Notes under the pieces: model-generated | What the model was told of the DNA's origin: nothing | Database searches by the model: none | What the model saw: only the letters and a program-made list of their open reading frames with translations | Shown: piece after piece, positions 25,360-38,467 of the stretch | Numbering within the stretch: the stretch's first letter is position 1 | Layout of the letters: each line of letters starts with the position of its first letter | Program-made: the position numbers and the translations under genes | Source of the DNA: Amphiscolops sp. MND2022 | Lineage: Eukaryota | Length of the DNA stretch: 64,000 bases | Direction of reading: 5' to 3' | Assembly (NCBI GenBank): GCA_964187785.1 | Contig: OZ076409.1 | Span: 39,308,001 to 39,372,000, forward strand

Positions 25360-28300
25360 ATGGATTCTGTTGACAAACGACGATCGCGCAAAGATCAACT
25401 TCCGAAGAGATTTCTTCCTTCTTCTTCGTGGGGGTACAAATCGTCTCCTGATTCTCCACCAGGTGCGTTCAACTCTGAATTCGATTTGGGTTTGGTTTCA
25501 GGTTTAGGTTTTTTCGTGATCACTTGAATTTAAATTGCAAAGATGGCCAGGCCTGCAAAAGAAATTGATCTAATTTTTTTCGACCAACTCTCAGGTTCTC
25601 TTGAAGTTTTTCAACTTCCGGTTTTGTTTTGAACGGAAAGTATCTTGTCATTTCCTTCTGCCGCGTCCGGTTTTGGGTAATTTTTGAACAATATCCGCTG
25701 TTTCGGTCCACTTCTGTTTCTATTCGCCAGCAGTTGACCAATTTGTTTCAGTTGAACCTGGTTCAATTCAAAAAGTGACAGAATCTTCTCCTGTCAAATT
25801 TTACGCACCACTCGAAGTCGTTTCTCCTGGCGAATGCAGTCGCCAACTTCCCGAATTGATTCCCCAGACAGACGCGGAGAACGAAAACGAAGAAGCTGAA
25901 CAATTGATTATTCACGAATTAGATCAGATCTCTTCTCCATCTGTGTTAGTCATTTACGAAGCTAAGGAAAATGAGGCCGATAGTTCAGGTCAATTAACGT
26001 CCCCTTCACAGCCACAAACTCCAATTACAACATAAACGACGGTAAAAAATTATCAACAATTGGCTTCGGTCAATACCCTGCACACACCATCCCCACGTTT
26101 TACCAGGTTTCTACGGCGAGAGGAAGAACCTGATTCACGGCGCAGCACCCCCACCATGGTTGATTGTGAAGAAAATGCTGATGATTCTAATGATGCAGAG
26201 GGTCCTAATGAACATGCTGAAAGTCAACCAGATGTAGTTCCAGTTGTCGAACCCGGTACACAGAATGATCGGAGTGTGACTGTGACTCGTCAAGAAGTTG
26301 TGACATTGATCAACATGCTAGAGAGAATCCCTCGCGAATTCTTTAATGTGGAAGGGGGCCAGACTAGCAGTCGGTTCTCTTTAAATGTCATTGCATATCC
26401 ACCAATTTCTCCTGTGAGAGATGCTCCAATCACAAGCCAAGAAGATACTCGAGAAACTGCCCAAGAAGGTAGTGGTACACAAAGCGAAGGTGAGAATCAA
26501 CTCGACTCTCGTAGGAAAAGACGGCGTCCCAGATATTCGCTAACAACCGCGATGCTGCGGAAACACTCTGTATTGCAATTCTTTGCTACTGGGCCTCGAA
26601 ATAGGGAGCGAGACCCACATCGTTGGTGGTGCCGAGTGTGTCGAGTGGAACTTTCCCTTAAAACGAGAGGGGCCCTTGAATTACTCTCGCATTACCGGAC
26701 CGATACTCACTTGACAAAAGAACACCGGATCAGGCTCGAGATCCCCGGGATGACTTTGTATGATAAACAAGAACGCGCACTACTAGGACTGGAGCTTCAA
26801 GAAGCTAAGCGAGCTGCGCGAGTTGCCCATCCAATTGTTCCACAGTTAGACAGTTGCAGGCTTCTTGTAGGACAGGAGAGGCTCCCTGATCTCACTTCAA
26901 ATTCTAGCCCAAGCGAAGATGTTCTGGCTCAAATCGGTCTCTTGGAACATGGGCTGAGACATGGAGGACATGTGAGCATCTTAATTGGCATCTGGGAGGA
27001 TATGGTAAAGCTATCTCCGAATAACTCGCAGTCATCTATCTACAACTGGAGCAATCATCGACTCTTTGTTAGTATTATTCCGTTTCCATCTTCAGTCTTC
27101 TAACTTTCCGACTCATAATCGTTCTATTAGACTCGTTCTGTATAGGGATTTGATTTGTTTTCTTGTTGTATAGTAATATTTCCGTTGCTTTAGGCAATTC
27201 TCACCTACATGTTCCAGGAATTAATGCAATTCTGCGTTACAACAATTGCTACCGCTGGGGCATATTCTCTGAGCTTCGACAGAACACAGACGGATGTAAG
27301 AGTGTTCTTGAATTTTTGGTCCGGCAACATCCACCACCAAGTCTGCATGGGTACTGGGCCAAGAGGTTTATATTTGCCCATGAGAAGTTTTTTGCTTATC
27401 TCTTCCTTTCTGAGCCTCCTTGAGAAACCCCCATCCTGTGTATGTATTTACGATTGTGATGAACGACTTGCGGCTACTCTTGCCACTTCTTTGCCTGGAG
27501 GGCGACGACCAACTGTAGCCGATGCTTTTTGACCACTTGAGTTAGAGAAAAGCCTGGCTCTGCTCACTTCACGAACTCTTGAAAGGCATGATTTCCGGAC
27601 GATTCTAGATTTTCTCCTGATGAAACTACGGACCGCTATGGACCGCGAGTGGTTACAATCACTGCCTGAGCTTTACAAGGTTATTATTTTTCTTTATATA
27701 GGGTTTCCAAATCCATATTGTTTCCTTTAAGAGGATGGTTTTGTTGCAGTGCGTCTCTAACTTGACCTACACCCTTTCTGAGGCATCAATGTTGATTGAG
27801 ACCCTCTCTGCTTATTGGGACAGGGTTCTGAACCATCTAAGTCGCGTGTCCCGTCTCCCCACGTTTCGCTTCCACATGAGAGAGGTATTATTTTGGAATC
27901 ATGAATTTCGGTTTTATTTTGTATTTTTGACTCGAAGTCATTGAATTTGTGTTACAGCCCAGCACTTTGGATGAATGCTTCCGGCTTGACACTGCGTATC
28001 TGGCTCGGCTTTTTGTTATTCGTTGTGTTCTGGACCATTGTGAGTATCGTTTACTTTATCACTTCCGTATCTTCTTTTCACAACACATTTTTCAAATTTC
28101 ATACTCAGCTATATTCAATTTTGATTTTCTTTTGTTGACTTTCCATAATTAGTGATAATTATGCTTGTGCGAAGTAGGTTTGAATTTCCTGTGTGATCTC
28201 TCCATACTTGGCGTGGAAAAATCTGGTAGTTGTAGAGTACCGTATACACATCACTCTCATTTCCGCATATTGCCGTATATGTGGCACTCGTATTTCCGCA

Positions 28301-29679
28301 TAATGTTGTATTGTTGAGATTGAAATTCTGTATAGTGACGTTTATGCGTCATCCAATTTTCCGCATATTTCCGTATGGTTAGTTCTTGAACTACTAAGCC
28401 ACGTGTACACGTCATTCAAAATTTTGTACGAGGATGAGTAATTGCGTTGTATACTTTTTTTGACTAGTTCTTTAGCATAATAGGTGATGTAATTTGAGTA
28501 TCCGTAGATAATTCACGGTAGTTGTACGGGTTGAATTTTGAATTATTTCTTCTGATTAGCTGCTGTATTTTAGACAAAGCTGCATTCTCTGAAGTGTATT
28601 CCCAGTACGGTGGTGGGTTCAAAATTTATAACCAGTACGCTGTCTTCGTTTACAGCCAGCTGCAAGCCATTCTCCCAGACAATTTCCTTGGGAGTATATC
28701 AGAACGGGACAAGTACCTTCAATTGGACTTGAGTCAGCCCAACTTGCCATTCAAAACTCCTGACCAGTTCGTGCTCAACTCAGACTATCATCGGCTTGTA
28801 TTATCCAGCAAGTTACCACGTCCGAGTAAATTTATCGAACAATCGATTGCATTTTGTAAAGCTTTCTGTCGGTGTTTATTATCACATCCCATCGTGAAAT
28901 CGGACCTTGTAAAAGGTCTGTCATGCTTCGATTCGGCCACAATTCTTGACAGTGAAGAAGAACGATACATTGCTGCTGTGGAACATTTGACCACAAACTT
29001 TGCTTCCAAGGGATGGTTGCGTTCGGCGGACAAGGCAAAGGCGGTGAGCCAATATCGTGCCATGGTCACCAAGTTTCGTGCTGGACAAGTTGATCGTTCC
29101 GGGGATTGGTTCCTTTATTTGTCATCCCATTATGAGCTGCAATGTCGGACTGAACTCCATCAGCTTTTCAAGTTGTCTTGTCTGTGTCTGCCCCCTAAGA
29201 TATCTTATCCTCCAGAACTTACAGTTCCTTTGACCGAGTTGGGCCCTGATGAGGAGGTGTTTCGCTCATGTGTTGCTGGTGTTCAAATTTCTTACAACAC
29301 GCTGCCCAATGTAACCAGTTTGTACAAGGATCCTCGGTCGATTAGTCGAGTTTTCCGTTTGCTCGGGAGAGGACGGGAGTTGTTAGCTGACCGAAAATTC
29401 TCCATTTGGAATTTCCTCCGAGGGAGTGCACTAAGGAGAGGTAAATGGTTTGCCAAGTTTGAGACTGCTTACAAGAGTGTAGTAGTTAGCCCTAGTGTCT
29501 TGCATCCTACAGAGGACAGTGACGTGGCAAGCGAGCCACAAACGTCGAGCAGTTCTGAATCGCCTACAGCCCGATTGAATTTGGGAAAGGCTACTGTTGC
29601 GGTGGCAAAGCTGCAAGATGAGGTTCCTTGTGGGTCAGGTGGAACAAAGAAAAAGTCGGCGAAGTCAAAGAAGAATTGA
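25360..29679 (+). pseudogene. G1 antisense multi-exon gene: zinc-finger, hAT-transposase-like protein; this copy has a premature stop
   Basis: In-frame GT-AG exons ..-27067, 27194-27679, 27750-27884, 27958-28039 and 28574-29679. WCRVCRVELS..H..TDTH finger. In-frame TGA at 27530-27532. The 5' exons (ATG 25360?, 25752-~25988, ~26107) are not fully resolved. It aligns along its length with the G2 gene. Confidence 0.75.
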
Positions 29680-29865
29680 ACTTTTGAGACATTCATTCCA
29701 TCGCCTCCGAGTTATTTTCATTGTATTTACATTTTGTTTTGGATTTCTTTCTGCATTTAGTATGCCATATTTAACCCTGTATGGGTCAATAAGATAAAAA
29801 AGGGCTCTGTAATACTCTAGAATGAGCCAGGACAGAAGAGATGATTTTGTCTTGAAGTTTGTTTT

Positions 29866-32800
29866 TTAGTATCTGTAAGAGTCAGAATAATTTGGGTTAG
29901 GGTTAGGTCGCAGGTTGTATCTTTTACCACGGGTATTAATGGGTTTTTCTTGCAATGGAGTATTTTGTGAGTTTTCTGGGGTTTTTGGGGTTTTTTCTTC
30001 TGGTGTAGTATCTTTGTCTTTTTGGGTGCTTTGGGGAGCATTTATCTCGTCACTATGAGTTTCTTGGGAAATTTCATTTTTACTTTCTTCTTCTAGATCA
30101 GTGGTCTGTTCCACTGGGCTCCCCCCACTCGTTTTTGAAATTTCGCGGGAGGGAGGGTGGTTAATTTCGGGTACTTGAGAAGGTACATATTCAACATCGT
30201 CATCGTTAAGTGTAACGTCTGCTGGATTTTCTTCGAATGGGTTGGGGCCAAAGTTTGTATTCCATGATTGGGCGTAAAGATCATCATGCGCCACAGAAAT
30301 TTGATCATCCTTTTGCCAATCAGTTTCTCTGACAAATATGTCAGCTAGGGGAGCTTGCGGGGTAAATTTCCGCAAACGGATTCGATGTAACAGTTGGGTT
30401 TTGTTCGTTCCTAGCCTTCTAACTATATAGTTATTGTTGGGAAGAACTTTTTCGACTTTATAGGGACCTTGCCATTGGAACTCCCGGAATGGTATCTTTG
30501 ATGCCTGTGATCTGCTTTCGGGTTTAAGATGTAGCAATAGTCGGTTGTTTCCAGTGGGGATGCTTTTGCTTTTCTATCGTAATATGCTTTGTATTTAAGA
30601 TAGGATTGCATTATGTTCTTTTTCGTTTGGTCAAGAAGTATTTTCATTCTTCTTTGTACTTCGTCTGCTACGTCAGTGTGTGGTAGATATTTGGGGTTGG
30701 GATTGTAACCCAGTTTATAATCAAGTATGTTATGTGGTATGCGCCCATGGAAAACTCGTGAGGGTTCGCAACCAAGTGATGCATGACAGGTTGTGTTGTG
30801 ATTCAGGATTGCTAGCGGGAGAAACTTGTGCCAATTGTTTCGGAATTCTCCCGTTGCAGCTTTAAGGTGTGTTTTTACTGATGCATGAGTCCTTTCTAGG
30901 AGTCCTATTGTTTGAGCGTGCTTCATCGTTGCGTGTTTAAGCTCAATTCCGAGGACTGCTGCAACTTCATGGGTTATTTGAGCATTGAATTGTGTTCCGA
31001 GGTCGGTGATTATTGTTGTTGGAAGGTATGTGTGTTTACATAGTATGTCCATGATGACACGGGCCGCTGCTGTAGCGGTAATGCGGGTAACTGGATATGC
31101 AAACAGGTATCGGGAAAAAACGTCTATAGCTGTTATTATATGGTCATATCCGCCACTGGGCGGGAGATTGGGTAGGATGTCCATCTGAAGTATATCTTCA
31201 GGGCCTAGATTCCATTCAGGGCAATTGAGCATTTCTGTCCTGAGGAGGTCATTGTTGATTCTCTTTGTTTGACTGCAAGTTTGACAATTAGTCACCCATT
31301 TTTTGATTTATTTGGCTATACATGGGTAGTAATATTTTTGTCTGGCTTTTTGTATCATCTTCGTGATGCCAGGATGGTTTGGGTTATGGCCATGCATGGC
31401 TTGAAGGAATTCTTCAAGAAGTTGAGCTGGTAGTAGGATTTGGTAGTGCGAAGTGGCTCCCGTGTCTGTATAGTATTTACGTGTCAGCAGCTCTTGTTTA
31501 ATTTCGATGCTTGTGATATTTTGGAGGTAGTGTTGGTATCGGTAATCAGAGGCCAAATCGTTTTCATTGAAGGGGTTCCCTTCTAGTTTGGCTCTGAGGT
31601 TTCTGAGAACGATGTCATTGTTTTGTTCAAGGCGAATTCTGGCGTTGTCTCGGAAGTGTCCCTCTGAAGCCAGGTTCAATCCAGATGTGGGTTTATGGAA
31701 TTGTTGAAGTTCAGTTACATTGTTTTCTGGATCGTTGTGGGTTTCGTTTTGGGCTTGATTTCGTTCGTTTTGTTTTTCTTCCCATAATTTGTTTTCGTCT
31801 AATTCATCATCAGGGAGAATGTAGATTTGTTCTTCTTCTACTATTCCAGATGATTGTATGTTGACTTCTATTGCTTTCGTCTGGATATCGTTTCGTATAC
31901 TCATTTCGAGTTTCTCGATCGGGTTTACTTCTGTCCTTGACAGAAAATCAGCTGCAGTATTCATCGAACCGGCAACGTGGGCGATTACAAAGTTGTATTG
32001 TAAAACATAATCGCATGCGTTCCAGAGTGCTGGGGGAATGAGTTTTGCATGGAAAAAGCGTGTTACTGATCTATTATCGGTGAACACGATAACTGGGAAA
32101 GTGCTTCCCCACATGAGGTGACCAAACTCAACAAACGCAAAATATATGAAGAGGAATTCCTTTGCATATATAGACATTTTGGTTTGTGTTGGGTTAAAGG
32201 TTTTGGACCCAAATGTTATGGGTGCGTAGGTTTTGCGTTTAGACTGAAGTTTTTGGCTTGGATCATCTTCTATCATTATAGCATATCCTGCTGCTGTGAA
32301 GCTTGCATCGGACATGACTATAAGTTGTTTGTCCTTGAGGGGTTGTCTCAAAGCTAACTGACATGAATTTTCAAGAAGTTTATTCAGGTTGGTGAATTCT
32401 TTTACTAGATTCGTTGGTACATAGAATTTGTTCGTTTCTTTGAGGAGCTGGAAAAACGGGGATAGTCTTTCAGAGAGGCGTGGAATATAGTTCCGATAAT
32501 AGTTTAGGAATCCAATGTAGCGCTGAAGTGCTTTTTTGGATTTGCTGAATCTGATTTTTGACAAGAAGTCCTTGAATTTGTCGGCTTGAGGAGCATCTCC
32601 TGCTGGTGTAATTGTACGGACCAGGAAGTCGACTTGTTTGACTCCGAAATGCCACTTGGACATGGTGAGTTTCAATCCAGCGTTTCGGATACACTCGAAC
32701 ACAGTTCTGATGTTCGCACATAATTGTTTTGCATCGTTTGCTGCAATTCCGATGTCATCTACATATTGTGCGCATTGATCGGCTTTAATAGCTCTATCGA

Positions 32801-34748
32801 GGTACTCTCTCATGAAGCTTGAAAATGCCGAGAGCGATCTACTCAGTCCTTGCGCTCAGTCCTTGCGCAGGTTCGGCTTGCAAAATTGAAAGCAAGCATC
32901 TGAATGGATTGATAGTCTGCCATTTGAAGGCAGTGGTAAGCCTGGGAGCAGTCGAGTTTGCAGAAAAGTTTCTTTCCAGCCATGTGTTGTGCTGCATCCG
33001 ATAAGGTGCTCACCGGGTGGTTGTTGTTGATGTAGTCTTCTGTGATTAAGTTATTGATTTTCCGGAGGTCCACCAGGAGGCGGAGTCGGCCATTTGGTTT
33101 TCGTTGGGCGAAGATGGGACTTGCGTATTTCGAAAACGGTAGTGTTGTTATGATTCCATATTTATGTAGAAGTGCTAGTTCTACTGTGATGTCGTCTTTC
33201 AGGTTGATTGGAGTTGGCAGACTTTGGCTATAAGCTGGTCTGTCGTCATTGGGTGTAAGTTTTACTTTGAATTCGCGATTTGTTGCGATGTCAAAACGAT
33301 GTCTTGCAAAAATGTCGTGAAAGTCAAAGAGAATTTCTTCGACTTGTTGTCGTTCTTCTGGACTGAGTGTTGTGTCAGACCAGTCAAAGTTTGAAAGAAA
33401 TTGATTTTCTGGATGTTTCATTCTCTTGTGGGTTGAGTTTTTCAAGTTCCTTTAGTTCAAGGAGTTCGTTATATATTCGTTGTTGAATTGGTGTGTATGT
33501 TGTTGGATCCCCGGGGTCTTCTGGTGTGGGAAACCAATATGATTCTTGGTCTGGATTTTGCGGAGGAACTTTCAGGAGTTCATTAATGTAGATCTCAGTT
33601 GTTTCTTCGTGTTGTATCATGAAGGATAACATCGCAGGATCTACTGGTTGTATATGTTTTATCTGTTCTGGAGTGAGGATTTTGAAATCCGCTAAATGAG
33701 TATCACAGGTTATTGTGTGTGGGAGTTCAGAAAAATTGATGATTTGGTACCCGATAGCGTTGTTATTAACTGTACTGAGTGACGATGTGATAAATATGCT
33801 ATCGTGATTTTCAAATTGTGGTGAAGGTGTAACTATTCCTGTTGCATCGTGGTCTAACAGGTGTGACAATCTGCTTGCTATTGCGAGGGTTTCTCCTGGT
33901 TGTAAAGTGTATGTGTTTTCGGCAAATAGAGGCGTTGCTTGTCTTATAGCAACTTGTGAGTCTGGTTTTAGTTGCATTGAGAGATATGGGAAAGTTAGGA
34001 TGCCTTGAGTGACATCAAAAATTGCGTTATTTCTTCTGAGGAAGCATAGTCCGATTAATGGATTTGGAAGATTTCTCATTATGATGAAATTTTCTCGTAA
34101 CATGAAGTCAGCGACCTCGAATTCAAGTAGTACTGTGTCGATTAGTACTTCTTATTGACCACTGGCTACCATAATTTGGAAATTTGGCGGTGGGCCAGTC
34201 TCTTTTATTCCCTCGTTGGCAAGTATTTTGATTTTGTTTAGGTCCTGTTCAGAAATTGCACTTGTCAGGGCTCCTGTATCGATGAGTCCATCAAGAGTGA
34301 GTTTTTCGAAGTCCATCGGCATATAGTACATGTGTCGTTTTCGCTTCAAAGTCAGAGAAGTTGAAATCGGTAGGTATGACAGATTTCGTTCATGGTCAAA
34401 CTGTATATGGTTAGAGATGTCTTCGTCTAAGAGGGGTTGTTTTTGTTCATTGCAAGGAAGGGTTGTTGTGTGGTGATTTTCTGGTGTGTTGTTTGTCTGC
34501 GACTGAGTCGTTCGTGTATTGTCTGAAAAGTAGTTGTCAGGTGCATCCCGTAGGAGTTGATAATAGGACTCTTGAGGAGGTTCATTGTCGTCGGAGTCTG
34601 TTAGGTCTTGAGGTTTTGTGTCTGTTTCGTTTGTAAGTTGTTTGAGTTGAATGCTTATTGTGTCCACGTGACGCTGCCAGTCGTCTTGCGGGTTCGTGTC
34701 ATTCAACTGTAAGTGCTGGTTTTTAGTGCGTGGCGTTTCTAGTTTAAA
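29866..34748 (-). pseudogene. pol: G1 pol (PR-RT-RH-IN), several frameshifts and stops
   Basis: LIDTGA protease; KLDCSQAYH and CAQYVDD RT; VMSDAS / TDNR RNase H; HPGITK..C..C, MDILP..DVFSRY..TDLGTQF..LERTH integrase; WQGPYKV GPY/F motif. Confidence 0.95.
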
Positions 34749-36421
34749 TCCTTTGAAGAGGATTGTTGCTGTCGTTCTATTTTGGGTTTTATCGGTTTTC
34801 GTGCTTGTTTGTATGTCTCAATGACTTTCTTTTGAGCTGCTTCCGTTAGGGTCCACTTGGGTGGGCGGTTTTCCATGTTAGCACCAAAGTAGCAGTTTTC
34901 TTCTTGATGCCCAGGTGTATTACAGTTCTGCCATTTTTCAGCCTCTGGGTCTTCTTCAAGCTTTCGTCGTTTTGCCAGTTTGGAGCAATCAGCCATCATG
35001 TGACCTGTCTCTTTGCAGTAACGGCATTGGTTATTTTTGAGGGTTTTATCTGGCACTGTTTTTGGAGTCTGTGTTTTGGGTTTTTCAGTTTGTTTTTTGT
35101 TGGATTTTTCGGTTTTTTGGTCTTTTTTAGTAACAGTCATTTGAGTTTTGACAACAGGTTCGTCAGCTTCAAGACTGTTAAGTTCCATCTCCCTTTCAAG
35201 ATGTTTACCGATTTGGTCGTATGATTCGTTCTCTAAGTATGCCTGATTATTTGATTTTTTCAGATGAGGGGGCATCTTTGCATAGAGTAAGTTTTCTATC
35301 ATTTGGTGCGCTTTATCACCAAAAGCCTTTTCTGCACTTTCTTGGAGTTCCTCAAGGAAATCTGGAAGTTTCTGATTTTCGGGTTCAAATGACAGTTTGT
35401 TGAATCTGTGTTTGGCGGATGCACTAGATTCTGGTTTTACGTATTTTCGGCGGAAGACTTTTAGGATATCTTGCAAAGTTGTAGTTGGGGTACGTTGGAT
35501 GTTTTTAAATGTTTTGAGTGCTAAACTTCTGAGATGGGCATGGAAATGGTTTATTTTCATGTCTTCTGTTAGAATCGGCTGCATTCGAAGAGTTGTATGA
35601 AATAAGTCTTCGAAGTACTCAAATTTCTCGTTTTTTTCATTTCGCCCATTGAATGTTAGTGTGTTTTTCGGATGAAAGAGAGAAGGTTGCGAGTTTTTGT
35701 TTGCCAGTTTTTCTATTGCTAGTGCAATTTGGTTACCTGGGTCGAGTGACTTTGCTGTCGGATTTGACGTGTTGTGGTCTGCGTGGGATCCTGTGGTGTC
35801 ATTTAAAGACTGAGGGTTTTGTGAGCTCTGTCTATGGAGTTGTCGGTTGGCTCCTGTCACCATGTGATAATCCTCTTCCTCAGAGTCCTCATTTGAGATC
35901 ATTGTTTCGTCTAGGTCTATCTCATTACGGTACAAAGGATTTGCAGGATGTTTCAAATCCTTAGAACCTGAGGCTTTAAGAGGATAGTCCTCGTTTTCTG
36001 AGTCAGTATTTTCGAAGTTAGATGCGTGTACTCCTATGGACTTGGATCCTGATGGTTGTGAATTTTGGGCTTCAGCTGCTTCTGACCTGGGATTCGTTGT
36101 TGTAGACATGCTTTTATTGGATCTAATTTCCTTTAAGATGGACTCTAGTTTATTGTCCATTTCTTCCCTCATTTTGGTAATTCTGTCGTTGCTTTTTTGC
36201 TCTAAAATCTGCGTCCAAACTTGTATTTCGTTGCTAGTGTGACTGGGTTCAGCTAGTTGATTTTCTGAGACGTTATCACATAGATTTCCCTGTACATTCT
36301 CATTTATATTAGTTAAAGTTTCATTACCTGTGTTGGGCGTTTCTAACTGGGTATTATTGACTTCTCTCTCAGGGGAAGGTGTCTCTAATCTTCTAGAACG
36401 TCTGTTTCTCTTATTTCCCAT
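34739..36421 (-). CDS. gag: G1 Gag (560 aa), first ~186 codons inside the 5' LTR
   Basis: Capsid-like TFNGRNEKNEKFEYFEDLF...KINHFHAHLR..F RRKY; CCHC CRYCKETGHMMADC plus a second knuckle with C>W. Confidence 0.95.
   Translation of the reverse strand: MGNKRNRRSRRLETPSPEREVNNTQLETPNTGNETLTNINENVQGNLCDNVSENQLAEPSHTSNEIQVWTQILEQKSNDRITKMREEMDNKLESILKEIRSNKSMSTTTNPRSEAAEAQNSQPSGSKSIGVHASNFENTDSENEDYPLKASGSKDLKHPANPLYRNEIDLDETMISNEDSEEEDYHMVTGANRQLHRQSSQNPQSLNDTTGSHADHNTSNPTAKSLDPGNQIALAIEKLANKNSQPSLFHPKNTLTFNGRNEKNEKFEYFEDLFHTTLRMQPILTEDMKINHFHAHLRSLALKTFKNIQRTPTTTLQDILKVFRRKYVKPESSASAKHRFNKLSFEPENQKLPDFLEELQESAEKAFGDKAHQMIENLLYAKMPPHLKKSNNQAYLENESYDQIGKHLEREMELNSLEADEPVVKTQMTVTKKDQKTEKSNKKQTEKPKTQTPKTVPDKTLKNNQCRYCKETGHMMADCSKLAKRRKLEEDPEAEKWQNCNTPGHQEENCYFGANMENRPPKWTLTEAAQKKVIETYKQARKPIKPKIERQQQSSSKDLN
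34742..34748 (-). promoter_or_regulatory. G1 -1 ribosomal frameshift heptamer T TTA AAC
   Basis: gag ends GAT TTA AAC TAG and the -1 frame is open into pol (LETPRTKNQHLQLNDTN...). Confidence 0.75.
35851..35862 (-). promoter_or_regulatory. G1 primer-binding site TGGTGACAGGAG
   Basis: Abuts the LTR end ...ATCACA and is identical to the G2 PBS. It resembles the complement of a tRNA-Leu 3' end (ACTCCTGACA-CCA type) with one mismatch. Confidence 0.85.
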
Positions 36422-37327
36422 CTTTACTTGATTGAAAACATCAGTTTACGAAGGAGAAAACAGTTGAATTTCTTCAGTGAGTTGGTGAAAATATCAAACG
36501 GTTGATGATCAAAATTGTAGATGAAAGGTTTACGGATTGAGCAAAAGAGGTACAATTAAGAAGCAACTGTACTCTGTGAAGGTAGAAAACAATTCTGACA
36601 AATTCTCTTTTTGCACTCCTGGTTTCAAAAATGAAAGAATGACACTCCTTTTTATGAGAATCACGGTAGGAAAAGTACAAAAATAACATTACGTCAAAAG
36701 GACGTCATTCTATTTATATCCTGCACTCATCAGAACACGACGTTTAAAACGAACCTAATTGTCCTATTGGACCCTGGAAAGTAGTTATAAAGCGACGTAA
36801 AAAGGTATTCCAAATGATATACAGCACCGTGTATGCATTGTCTATACAGTGTGATTAATCCTGCTGAAAATGTATAATACCGTGTGTGCATCACTTCGGA
36901 AAACGTATGAACCGTATGCAGGAAAACGTATAATAACGCATATGCGTTACTCTTAAAAACGTATAATGCCGCATATCAACATTGCGCAAATCAGTATTAT
37001 GCCGTACATGCGGCACTCTACAAACTATATAATGCCGTATTGCCAAATTGAACGGAAAAGATCATTACTGTATGAATGAAATAGCAAAAACACTATAGCC
37101 CCGAAATTACGTCATATAAAGATGACTCAACTTAAGTTTCTGAATATTCATGACAAAAAGACTAACTTAACATTAACATCAAATCAAAGTGTCTTTGAAT
37201 GAGAAAAAATTTAACATTTACATGACTTCAAAAAACAAAACAAGTCTTCAAGTTTAGTTGGGTTTGGCTGCTTTTCTGTTTGTTCAGGGTTGCACTACGG
37301 CTCCATCGCAGCGCTGGGGCTCCGACA
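35863..37327 (-). repeat. G1 5' LTR (1465 bp)
   Basis: Direct repeat of 21364-22827; TG...CA termini on the minus strand. Confidence 0.95.
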
Positions 37328-38467
37328 GTATGATATCAAAAAAATACCGGATGAACTGACATTGCATATTTCGTATGAATCATCTGTCGAAGAAGTGCGG
37401 GTCGTTGTCATCGTGCATGCCATCAAACCTGTTGTCATAATAAGCGAAATATCATTGCTTGAATATCATCTGACACAATGGCGCTCTGGCAGATCGTTTT
37501 TCGGCTTCAAGCGTATTTTCCCTACTCTCTCTAGAATTTACAAAACCAAAAAACACAAATTTTTTGACGCGCTTCATGACAAAAGCGTTAAAACGACCCA
37601 TTTGCCAAATCCTTCTATATGTATGAATTTTAATCGCATCTCGACCTAAACGTTTCCCCGCTCCTAAGTTAGCACTCGAAATTTCAAATATTGAACAAAT
37701 CTACCTGGAATTGCAATCTGTATGATATCAAAAAAATACCGGATGAACTGATATTGCTGAATGAGAGACATTTATGCTTCAATCAAAACCATGCATAATT
37801 TGAAATTCTTCAAAATCTATGCACAAATGACGTTTCAAATTACGTTGCAAATTGTTTTTGTAGCTTAACAAATAACATAACATCTACGAAATGTGCCCGA
37901 CTAGTAGTTGTAACTAGCTCATTTCCTTCCAAAATTCACATTGAACAAAACGTTTGATACAGAATCCGGATCTTTTTTGTTAATTCCCCCACTAATTTAA
38001 TTTACCCCCAGTTAAGCCGTCAAGTGAACTTATCATTGAATTAATAGCAACAACCAATCAAATTGCAGTAATTCATATCTCTAACTGCAACTGAAACTCA
38101 TCGCTGATAGTGGTGGGGAATTTCCTCGCTTACTGTGGATGGGGTTATTACCGGAAAAGATCCCAGAATTCCAAAGTTATTGATTTTTCAAATTTACACA
38201 ACTCAAACAGAGCGGAAATAATTGAAAGAGACTTGATCGATGAAAGTTAATCAAATGATTGAAAGGAAAATCATTACTTTCTTTAGTTTCGAAAACCTCA
38301 AACTTGCTTTGTTATAAATCAATGAAATGCTTTCTCTACATTTCCAAACTCAAAAACTGAAAAATGCCTGTGAGCAGTAATACAATGCTGTCCAATTTGT
38401 TGACGAGAAATGTACTTGTCCTAGACATCCTGGTGTAAGTTGTTTGGTATTAATTTAAGTGTCTTGT

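Larger units (their letters stand above)
21364..37327 (-). mobile_element. G1: ~16-kb Ty3/Gypsy LTR retrotransposon with accessory genes (15,964 bp)
   Basis: TSD GTATG (21359-21363, 37328-37332). LTRs 35863-37327 and 21364-22827 (minus strand TGTCGG...ATCACA). PBS TGGTGACAGGAG. gag, pol, an antisense spliced gene and a 3' sense ORF. Confidence 0.97.
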
